From contig CAVYGR010000004.1 in assembly GCA_963768105.1 (NCBI GenBank), positions 118,019-182,018 of the forward strand: a stretch of DNA of 64,000 nt, in the 5' to 3' direction. This document shows positions 56,972 to 64,000 of this stretch, one piece after another. Positions within the stretch are counted from its first letter, which is position 1. Every line of letters begins with the position of its first letter. Below the pieces are notes generated by a model. That model saw only the letters and a program-made list of their open reading frames with translations. It did no database searches and was not told where the DNA came from. A program made the translations under genes and the position numbers. This stretch comes from Candidatus Dormiibacterota bacterium. GTDB taxonomy: Bacteria; Chloroflexota; Dormibacteria; Aeolococcales; Aeolococcaceae.

Positions 56972-58303
56972 GTGCCACCGGCGACCAACCGCTCACCGAC
57001 GCTCGTCGACAGGCTGCGCAAGCTGCCGCTGCCGGTTGGGACGATCCCGGTCGCGATCGGTCTCGGGCTCGCCGGGCTGACGCAGTACGGCTTTCTCATC
57101 GTGGCCGCGCGCGCGCTCGGTCAGGCCCGTTTCGCGCCCCTTTCGGTGTTCTGGGCCCTCCTGTTCGTCGCCGGTCCCGGCTTCTTCATACCCCTCGAGC
57201 AGGAGACGGGGCGCGCCATCGCCGCCCGGCGCGTGCGCGGCGACGGTGGACGTCCGGTCGTCGAGCGAGCGGCCGTGATCGGCACGGTGCTCGCAGTGGT
57301 GCTGATCATCGCGACGCTGGCGCTTGCCGGTCCGATCGACCGGCGGGTGTTCGACGGCGACCCGGCCCTCCTTGCGGCGCTCGTCGGTGGTTTCGCCGCG
57401 TACCTGTGCGAGTTCCTCGCGAGGGGCGCGCTCGCGGGCAACAACCGCTTCGGGTCGTACGGCGTGCTGATCGGCGGCGAAGGTGCGCTTCGGGTCGTCT
57501 TCGCCGCGACCCTGGCGGTCATCGGGGTCAAGGTGGCGGGCCCCTACGGGGTGTCGATGATCGTCGCCTCCTTCCTGGCCATCGCGCTCGCGATCGCGGG
57601 ACGGAGCGGACTGTTCCGGCCCGGTCCCCCGGCGGCATGGTCCGAGGTGACGAACGCGCTCGGCTACCTGCTCATCGCGTCGATCTTCACGCAACTGCTG
57701 CTGAGCGTCGGCGCGGTCGCGGTGCAGCTGCTCGCCACCCCCGCACAGGAGAGCGCCGCCGGCCGTTTTCAACTCAGCCGGATCGTCGCGTACGTCCCGA
57801 TCTTTCTCTTCCAGGCGGTCCAGTCAGCGCTGCTGCCGCGGCTCTCCGCCCTCGCCGCTGCGGGCCGAAAGGTCGAGTTCCGAAGCCTCCTCTTTCGCCT
57901 TCTTGTGCTCGTCGGTTGCCTCGGCGTGGTCGCCGTGGTCGGATTCACGGTCCTCGGCCCGACCCTCACGCGGCTGCTGTTCGGTCACGGCTTCGAACTG
58001 ACCAATCTCGACTTCGCCCTGCTCTCGGCGAGCTGCATCGGCTTCATCGTGACCCAGGTCTTCGGCTACGCGCTGATCTCGCTCTCCGCCTACCGGCGTG
58101 TCGCCTTGGGCTGGGCGACCGGCGGTGTCGTCTTCATCGCCGTGGCGGCGCTCGGGTCGCAGCTGTTCCTTCGCGTTGAACTGGGCCTCCTGTGCGGCGC
58201 GATCGCGTCGTCTGCGTTGATGGCCGCGCTCCTGATGTCCCTTTTGAGAGATCGAGACACGCTCGATACCCAGCCGCGAATTGCGGAGGCCCATACCGCC
58301 TGA
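56972..58303 (+). CDS. Polysaccharide biosynthesis protein / oligosaccharide flippase-like (MOP/PST superfamily, about 12 TM).
   Basis: 443 aa and very hydrophobic, with a repeated-helix topology typical of Wzx/PST proteins. GTG start 2 nt after the gdh stop. Confidence 0.55.
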   Translation: MPPATNRSPTLVDRLRKLPLPVGTIPVAIGLGLAGLTQYGFLIVAARALGQARFAPLSVFWALLFVAGPGFFIPLEQETGRAIAARRVRGDGGRPVVERAAVIGTVLAVVLIIATLALAGPIDRRVFDGDPALLAALVGGFAAYLCEFLARGALAGNNRFGSYGVLIGGEGALRVVFAATLAVIGVKVAGPYGVSMIVASFLAIALAIAGRSGLFRPGPPAAWSEVTNALGYLLIASIFTQLLLSVGAVAVQLLATPAQESAAGRFQLSRIVAYVPIFLFQAVQSALLPRLSALAAAGRKVEFRSLLFRLLVLVGCLGVVAVVGFTVLGPTLTRLLFGHGFELTNLDFALLSASCIGFIVTQVFGYALISLSAYRRVALGWATGGVVFIAVAALGSQLFLRVELGLLCGAIASSALMAALLMSLLRDRDTLDTQPRIAEAHTA

Positions 58304-58313
58304 GACTGGGCCA

Positions 58314-59273
58314 ATGGGAGCTCGTGCCCGGATTGCGCTGGTCGGAGCCGGGGCGATGGGGGCCAACCATGCGCGCGTCATCTCGGAGTTCGATAGCGCC
58401 GATCTCGCGGTGATCATCGACACCGACCGGGAGCGGGTGCGCCCGCTCGCCGAGCGGCTCGGGTGTGGGTTCTCGGAGGATCTCGACGCCGCCGCCGGCT
58501 GCGACGCGGCGGTGATTGCCACCCCGACCGCCTTCCACGCGAGCGCGGCCCGTGCCCTGCTCGAGCTCGGCAAGCCGATCCTCGTGGAGAAGCCGGTCAC
58601 CGCCGATCTCGAGACCAGCCGGGCGCTGGTCCTGTGCGCGGAGCGCCGCGGGGTCCCCCTCATGTGCGGTTTCGTCGAGCGCTACAACCCGGTCGTCGCG
58701 ACCATGCGCAGCCTCCTCGACGAGGAACCGGTGCACATCGTCGGCCTGCGCCACTCGCCGGCGACGCCACGCAGCACCCTCAGCGTGGTCTTCGACCTGC
58801 TGATCCATGAGATCGACCTCGCCGTGGCGTACATGGGAGGCGCTGTGCCCTCGCGGGTGTGCGGGGCCACGAGCACCGCGGGACGCGCCCCGATCATGGA
58901 GGTGGCCGACTGCCTCCTCCACTTCGCTTCCGGAGCGGTCGCGACGCTCTCCGCAAGCCGTGCGAGCCAGCGCAAGGTCCGCTCTCAGTTCGTCGCAACG
59001 TCCACCGCCCTGTACGAGGTCGATCTCCTCCGCCAGGACCTGACCGTCTACCGGCACCGCGCCCACGAACAGGGCGTCGGCGTCGGGCAGGCGGCCGGCT
59101 ACCGGGCGGAGACGGTGGTCGACATCCCGTTTGTGCGCCATACCGGCGAGCCACTCGCCCTGCAGTTTCGCCACTTCCTCGACCTCATCGAGGGACGCGC
59201 CGACGCGTGCCGCGAACGCAACTCGATCCTGCCCGCCCACGAGATCGCCGCGGTGATCGAGGAGTGCTCATGA
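58314..59273 (+). CDS. Gfo/Idh/MocA-family NAD(P)-dependent oxidoreductase (sugar dehydrogenase-like).
   Basis: N-terminal Rossmann motif ARIALVGAGAMGANHARV and a C-terminal alpha/beta domain. Confidence 0.8.
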   Translation: MGARARIALVGAGAMGANHARVISEFDSADLAVIIDTDRERVRPLAERLGCGFSEDLDAAAGCDAAVIATPTAFHASAARALLELGKPILVEKPVTADLETSRALVLCAERRGVPLMCGFVERYNPVVATMRSLLDEEPVHIVGLRHSPATPRSTLSVVFDLLIHEIDLAVAYMGGAVPSRVCGATSTAGRAPIMEVADCLLHFASGAVATLSASRASQRKVRSQFVATSTALYEVDLLRQDLTVYRHRAHEQGVGVGQAAGYRAETVVDIPFVRHTGEPLALQFRHFLDLIEGRADACRERNSILPAHEIAAVIEECS

Positions 59274-60016
59274 GCGAACCGACCTTCAGCTACGTGATCC
59301 CCGTCCACAACCAGGTCGCCGATCTCCGCCGCACCGTGCGCCTGCTGGTAGAACGTCTTGGCCATCTCCCCGGCTCGGAGATCATCCTCGTCGAGAACGG
59401 GTCGTCTGACGGGTCCGGGCCTCTGTGCCTCGCGCTTGCGGCCACCTTCGACGGGGGCGACGTGGCGGTCCGGGTGACGACATCAGCACAGGGCCTGGGA
59501 TTCGCCTGGCGGCGGGGGATGGCGATCGCGGGCGGCGAGACGCTGGTCCTCACGGCGGCCGACCTGCCCTTCGGGTTCACTGATCTCGACGGCTATCTCG
59601 GCATGGACCCGCGGCCGGCGCTCGTCATGGGCTCCAAGTCGCACCCCGAGTCGCAGGTGGAGACGTCGATGGTGCGGCGGGCGCTGTCGGGCGGATTCGG
59701 CCTGCTCCGTTCCGGGCTCGTCGGTGTCAACGTCGACACCCAGGGCACCGTGCTCATCCGGCGCGCGCTCGCCCAGTGGCTGCTGTCGCGCCTGCGAAGC
59801 GGTGATTTCCTGATCGGCGCCGAGATCAACTGCTGGGCGATCCGCGAGGGGATCACCCCCGTCGAGATCCCGGTCGTCTACACCGCCGGCGGCCGCTCGA
59901 CGGTCTCGCCGCTGCGCGACTCCACCCGGATGGCCATGGGCCTCTTCGCCCTGCGCCGGCGACTCGTCGACGACCGGCGTGCGCTTCCGAGCACCGGCGA
60001 GGCGACCGCCTCGTGA
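59270..60016 (+). CDS. GT2-family glycosyltransferase.
   Basis: SYVIPVHNQ...IILVENGSSDGS. The ATGA overlap with the upstream stop suggests translational coupling. Confidence 0.7.
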   Translation: MSEPTFSYVIPVHNQVADLRRTVRLLVERLGHLPGSEIILVENGSSDGSGPLCLALAATFDGGDVAVRVTTSAQGLGFAWRRGMAIAGGETLVLTAADLPFGFTDLDGYLGMDPRPALVMGSKSHPESQVETSMVRRALSGGFGLLRSGLVGVNVDTQGTVLIRRALAQWLLSRLRSGDFLIGAEINCWAIREGITPVEIPVVYTAGGRSTVSPLRDSTRMAMGLFALRRRLVDDRRALPSTGEATAS

Positions 60017-61138
60017 CCTTCGCCCGGGCACCGTCGCTGGATCGCGATCCGCATCTCCGCGCCGCAACTCGGCCGCGAGGTCGAGGCGCTCGTCCTGTCG
60101 GTGCTGCGCAGCGGCCACCTCGCGCAGGGCCCGATGGTGGAGCGGTTCGAGGCGCTCTGCACCGCGATGACCGGCACCGCACACGCGGTCGCGGTCAGCA
60201 ACGGCACCGTCGCTCTCGACGCGGCGCTGCAGGTCCTCGACATCGGCCCGGGTCAGGAGGTGATCACCTCTTCCTTCACCTTCGCGGCGACCATCAACGC
60301 GATCCTGCGCAGCGGCGCATCGGTGCGCTTCGCCGACATCGGTGAGGATTTCACCATCGACGCCGCATCGGTGGCCGCGCTGGTCGGACCCACCACCACG
60401 GCAGTCATGCCCGTGCACCTCTTCGGGCTTCCCGCCGACATGCGGGCGCTGACCTCGCTGGCTGCCTCGCACGGGCTCGCCATCATCGAGGATGCCGCCC
60501 AGGCACACGGAGCGGACGTCGGCGGCCGCCGCGCCGGCAGCTTCGGTGTGGGCTGTTTCTCGTTCTACGCCACCAAGAACGTGACCAGTGGCGAGGGCGG
60601 CTGCGTCACCACCGATGACGCCATGCTCGCCGAGCGGCTGCGCGTGATCCGCAACCAGGGCATGCGCGGCCGCTACGATTACGCCATTATCGGCCAGAAC
60701 TGGCGGATGACCGATGTGGCCGCGGCGATCGCCATCCCGCAGATGGAACACCTCGACGAGATCAACGCCGCCCGGCGCGCCAACGCCGCGACCCTGACCG
60801 CGTTGCTCGCCGGCAACGCGTGGATCGCCACGCCGGTGGTGCCGGCGGGGCGCGGTCACGTGTGGCACCAGTACACGGTGCTGCTCGACGTCGGCATCGA
60901 CCGCGATCGTGTCGTGGCCGTCATGGCAGCGTCCGGCGTCGACGCGGGTGTGTACTACCCCGGTCTGGTGTGGGACCACGACGCGTACCGGCATCATCCG
61001 AACGTACATCGTGACGACACCCCGGTGGCCCGTGACGTCGCGACGCGCTGCCTTTCGCTGCCGGTGCACCCAGGACTCAGCGCAGACGACCTCGAACGCG
61101 TCGCGGCGGCGCTGACCGCCGCGATTCGCGCCGCCTGA
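60013..61138 (+). CDS. DegT/DnrJ/EryC1/StrS-family PLP-dependent sugar aminotransferase, interrupted by a +1 frameshift near the 5' end.
   Basis: GTG at 60013 overlaps the GT2 stop (GTGA). The family N-terminus IRISAPQLGREVEALVLSVLRSGHLAQGPMVERFE lies in the next frame with no canonical start of its own, and the frames rejoin at the CC run 60049-60050. PLP-Lys region FSFYATKNVTSGEGG. Confidence 0.75.
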
Positions 61139-61160
61139 ACGCTTCGGGCGCGGCAGGTCA

Positions 61161-62473
61161 GCGCGAAGCGGTCGAACTCGATGGCGCTGAGCAGCTCGTC
61201 GCCCTGGTCGCTCGGTCCCACCAGGGCCATGCGCACCTCGTCGATGCCCGCAGCGATGCGCTCGGCCACGTCCTGGACCTCTTCGGCGGTCACCTTCATG
61301 ATCGCCTCGGCGCGATCGTCGGGCGTCTCCAGCGGGAGACGCGCCCGCCAGCGGGTTCCGTAGAAGCGCGCGCTCGCGATCGCGGTCTCGGTCGAGCGGA
61401 GCAACCGACCGACCATCGCCGACTTGGCGGCGGCGAGCTCGCCGGCCGCCACGCGCTTGGCGGCGATCTTGCGGAACTCCTTGAACGCGAGGCTGGTTGC
61501 CTTGCGCGCGTCCTTGGGCCGCGTCGCGGTCGCTATCGCGAACAGACCGGTGTCGTCGAATCCGGCGTGATGGGCATAGATGCTGTACACGAGACCATTG
61601 CGCTCCCGCACCGTCTGAAACAGCCGTGACGACATCCCGCCGCCCAGCACATGGGTCATCACTGACAGCGCGGTGCGCTGCGGATCGCGTGCCGGGATCC
61701 CTGGCACCGCGAAGACCATGTGCACCTGCGGCTCCTCCTCGGCGGTCACCGGACGCACGTTGGCGGTGTAGTCGCTCGCCAAGCCCCCACTTGGCGGGCG
61801 AGCGCGGCTTGGGTGTCGCCCGCGGAATGTCGGCGAGCAACCGCAGGGCATCGTCTCGCGAGAGGGTGGCGCCGCCGGCGACAACCAGGCACATGGACTC
61901 CGGCGCGTAGAAGGTCCGGTGGTACGAGGTGAGCTGGTCGCGCGTCGCCTTCTCGATGACACCGGGAAACCCCGCGGCCGACCACGACATCGGCTGATCG
62001 CCGCCGAAGGCCACCGTGCCGAGACGGTCCCAGATCCAGCCGTCGGGGTCGGCAAGGCGCATCGAGAGTTCCTGGAGCACGACGTTGCGCTCGCGCTCGA
62101 CCTCCTCCGCGGCGAACAGCGGCCGGCTCAGCATGTCGCAGATGATGTCCGCGAGCTGGAGCATCGCCATCGCCGGACCCTCGGCGAAATACGCGACCTC
62201 TTCGGTGTCCGTGTAGGCGTTGGTGTTGGCGCCGAGACGGTCGATCTCGCGCGAGATGATCTTCGTGGTCGGCCGGCGCTCGGTACCCTTGAAAAACATG
62301 TGCTCGAGGTAGTGCGCGAGACCGGACGTCTCGGAGGTCTCGTCGCGCGAACCGGCGCGCACGATCAGGAAGATGCCCGAGTTGCGGCTGCTCGAGGGCG
62401 CGTTGAGCAAGCTCACACCGTTGTCGAGCACGGTGAGGTCCGGCGCGTAGAGGGGTGTGTCCTGCTTCGGCAC
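61161..62473 (-). CDS. M16-family (pitrilysin/insulinase-like) zinc peptidase, interrupted by at least one frameshift.
   Basis: The N-terminal domain carries the HxxEH zinc motif (GLAHYLEHMFFKG) and the E in EVERERNVVLQE. The C-terminal M16 domain (VHMVFAVPG...NGLVYSIYAHH...) lies in the frame of ORF 60994..62055. The junction is near 61880-61900 and the 3' end is unresolved. The 996-codon ORF 59483..62473 is read-through artefact. Confidence 0.65.
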
Positions 62474-62475
62474 GG

Positions 62476-63756
62476 CTATGAGGTCCCCGATTCCCAGGAC
62501 GCGAGATACGTGCGCTGCTCGTCGGTGAGCACATCGATGTCGACACCCATCGCCTGCAGCTTGAGGCGCGCGACCTCACGGTCGATCTCCAGCGGCACAT
62601 CGTGCACCGCGAGCGCGAGGTCCTGGTGGTGCTTCGCGATGTATTCGGCGCACAGCGCCTGGTTGGCGAAGCTCATGTCCATGACCGCGGCGGGATGGCC
62701 CTCGGCGGCCGCGAGATTGAGCAGACGCCCCTCGGCGAGCACGTGCACGGTGCGCCCGTCGCGCAGCCGGTGCGACTGTACGAAGGTCCGCGGCGTAGTC
62801 ACCTCGACCGACATGTCGTCGATGGCGGCAAGGTTGATCTCGTCGTTGAAGTGGCCGCTGTTCGCCAGGATCGCCCCGTCCTTGAAGCGCTCGACGTGGG
62901 CGCGGTCGATCACGTTGATGTCACCGGTGACGGTGATGACGATATCGGCCTCCGGGGCGGCCTCGGCGAGCGTCATCACCCGGTACCCGTCCATCACCGC
63001 CTCCAGCGCCCGAGTCGGATCGACCTCGGTGACCACCACATGAGCGCCGAGGCCCGCCGCGCGGCTGGCAAGCCCGCGGCCGCACCATCCGTAGCCACAG
63101 ACCACCATGGTCTTGCCGGCGAGCAGAACGTTGGTCGCTCTGATCAGGCCGTCGATGGTGCTCTGACCGGTGCCGTAACGGTTGTCGAAAAGATGCTTGG
63201 TCAGCGCCTCGTTGACGGCGATGATCGGGAAGCGCAGCGCGTCGTCGCGGGCCATCGCGCGGAGCCGGATCACGCCGGTGGTCGTCTCCTCGGTCCCGGC
63301 GATCACGTGCTCCAGCAGTTCCCGGCGACCCTTGTGCAACTCGGCAACCAGGTCGGCGCCGTCGTCCATGGTGATCTGCGGGCGCGTGTCGAGCACCGAC
63401 TGGATGTGGGAGTAGTAGCGAGCCGAATCCTCACCCTTGACCGCGAACGTGGGAATCCCGTACTGCCGCGTGAGCGCCGCTGCGACCGGGTCCTGGGTGG
63501 AGAGCGGGTTGCTCGCGCACAGCGTGACCCGAGCGCCACCGGCCTTCAGCGTGATCGCAAGGTTTGCGGTCTCGCTGGTGATGTGCAGGCATCCTCCGAT
63601 GCGCAGCCCTTCGAGCGGTCGCTCGCTCGTGAATCGCTCGCGGATGATGCGCAGGACCGGCATCTCCCGCGCCGCCCATTCGATCAGGCGCTGCCCGTCG
63701 CCGGCCATACCGAGGTCGGCAACATCCGACTCGGCGGCTTTCAACACGTTGGTCAC
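62476..63756 (-). CDS. ahcY: Adenosylhomocysteinase.
   Basis: 426 aa, with the NAD-binding [10 protein letters not shown] and conserved HFNDEIN and DMSFANQAL motifs. Confidence 0.9.
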   Translation of the reverse strand: MTNVLKAAESDVADLGMAGDGQRLIEWAAREMPVLRIIRERFTSERPLEGLRIGGCLHITSETANLAITLKAGGARVTLCASNPLSTQDPVAAALTRQYGIPTFAVKGEDSARYYSHIQSVLDTRPQITMDDGADLVAELHKGRRELLEHVIAGTEETTTGVIRLRAMARDDALRFPIIAVNEALTKHLFDNRYGTGQSTIDGLIRATNVLLAGKTMVVCGYGWCGRGLASRAAGLGAHVVVTEVDPTRALEAVMDGYRVMTLAEAAPEADIVITVTGDINVIDRAHVERFKDGAILANSGHFNDEINLAAIDDMSVEVTTPRTFVQSHRLRDGRTVHVLAEGRLLNLAAAEGHPAAVMDMSFANQALCAEYIAKHHQDLALAVHDVPLEIDREVARLKLQAMGVDIDVLTDEQRTYLASWESGTS

Positions 63757-64000
63757 TCGACTCCTCCGTTTGTGTTCATGCGCAGCAGCGCTGTGTATGG
63801 GCGGCCGCCGAGCGCGGCCGATCCCTCGAGCGCGGTCAACTCGATCAGAAACGCAAATCCGGCGATGTCGCCGCCCAGTCGCTCCACCAGCGCCGCTGCC
63901 GCGCCCGCCGTGCCCCCGGTGGCGAGCAGGTCGTCGACGATGAGCACGCGCTGACCGGGTTGTATCGCGTCCGCGTGGATCTCGACCACCGCCTCCCCGT
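63753..64000 (-). CDS. apt: Adenine phosphoribosyltransferase, 3' portion only. The gene continues past the window end.
   Basis: PRTase motif [14 protein letters not shown] and the C-terminal ALLRM. A 4-nt overlap with the ahcY start. Confidence 0.8.
   Translation of the reverse strand, partial: GEAVVEIHADAIQPGQRVLIVDDLLATGGTAGAAAALVERLGGDIAGFAFLIELTALEGSAALGGRPYTALLRMNTNGGVE

Noticed and set aside
59483-61160. Lower two-thirds of the 996-codon ORF 59483..62473.
   Set aside because: Beyond the M16 N-terminal domain the frame continues as Arg/Gly-rich nonsense antisense to the aminotransferase and GT2 genes. The true peptidase continues in another frame (ORF 60994..62055).
1-64000. CRISPR arrays, rRNA, prophage, insertion sequences and toxin-antitoxin pairs.
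   Set aside because: None detected. The only periodic repeats are the 27-bp coding tandem at 31561-31625 and the internal protein repeats. No spacer-repeat architecture and no phage structural or integrase genes.

Overview
This is a 64-kb, very high-GC (~70%) chromosomal segment of actinobacterial character. A mycothiol-pathway-like PIG-L deacetylase, a TIGR03083/DinB-like protein, an AdoK-type adenosine kinase and leaderless-looking starts all fit that assignment. It is densely coding, with about 60 genes on both strands and one tRNA-Met. I found no integrase, transposase, CRISPR array or rRNA.

The main gene themes are:
- DNA and nucleotide metabolism: an ATP-dependent DNA ligase, dCMP deaminase, a SAMHD1-like HD dNTPase, a LOG-family protein, adenosine kinase, a PNP/MTAN-fold nucleosidase-like protein, and ahcY plus apt at the right edge.
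- A fatty-acid-type module on the minus strand: a MaoC hot-dog pair, an acyl-CoA dehydrogenase, an SDR and a thiolase.
- A minus-strand operon etfB-etfA-hybrid GAF histidine kinase-OmpR regulator whose stop and start codons overlap.
- A large cell-envelope glycan locus at about 42.6-61.1 kb: rfbB and rfbC, five GT2 glycosyltransferases, a Wzm/Wzt ABC exporter whose ATPase carries a Wzt-type C-terminal extension, a coiled-coil methyltransferase (WbdD-like chain-terminator candidate), a flippase-like protein, a sugar aminotransferase and an oxidoreductase.
- Two CHAP-domain peptidoglycan hydrolases and two paralogous secreted proteins of about 1000 aa (7022-10018 and 45154-48396). Each has a signal peptide, a roughly 550-aa N-terminal domain I cannot name, an IPT/TIG domain and three tandem ~130-aa repeats ending in DVEGWFQ.

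The most unusual non-coding signal is a pair of ~120-nt palindromic elements (26392-26513 and 27121-27241). They are inverted copies of each other, each closed by a perfect or G-U 19-bp terminal stem whose sequence differs between copies but stays self-complementary, and each has an AT-rich core. They sit directly after the stop codons of two convergent genes and bracket a gene remnant that carries an in-frame TAA.

At least 18 genes are broken by single-base indels, most of them localised to short homopolymer runs. The etfBA region alone carries six. This looks like consensus homopolymer error in a draft or long-read assembly, though real pseudogenisation is not excluded. I reassembled the affected genes across frames.

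All functional calls come from motif-level reading of the translated ORFs. No database search was run.
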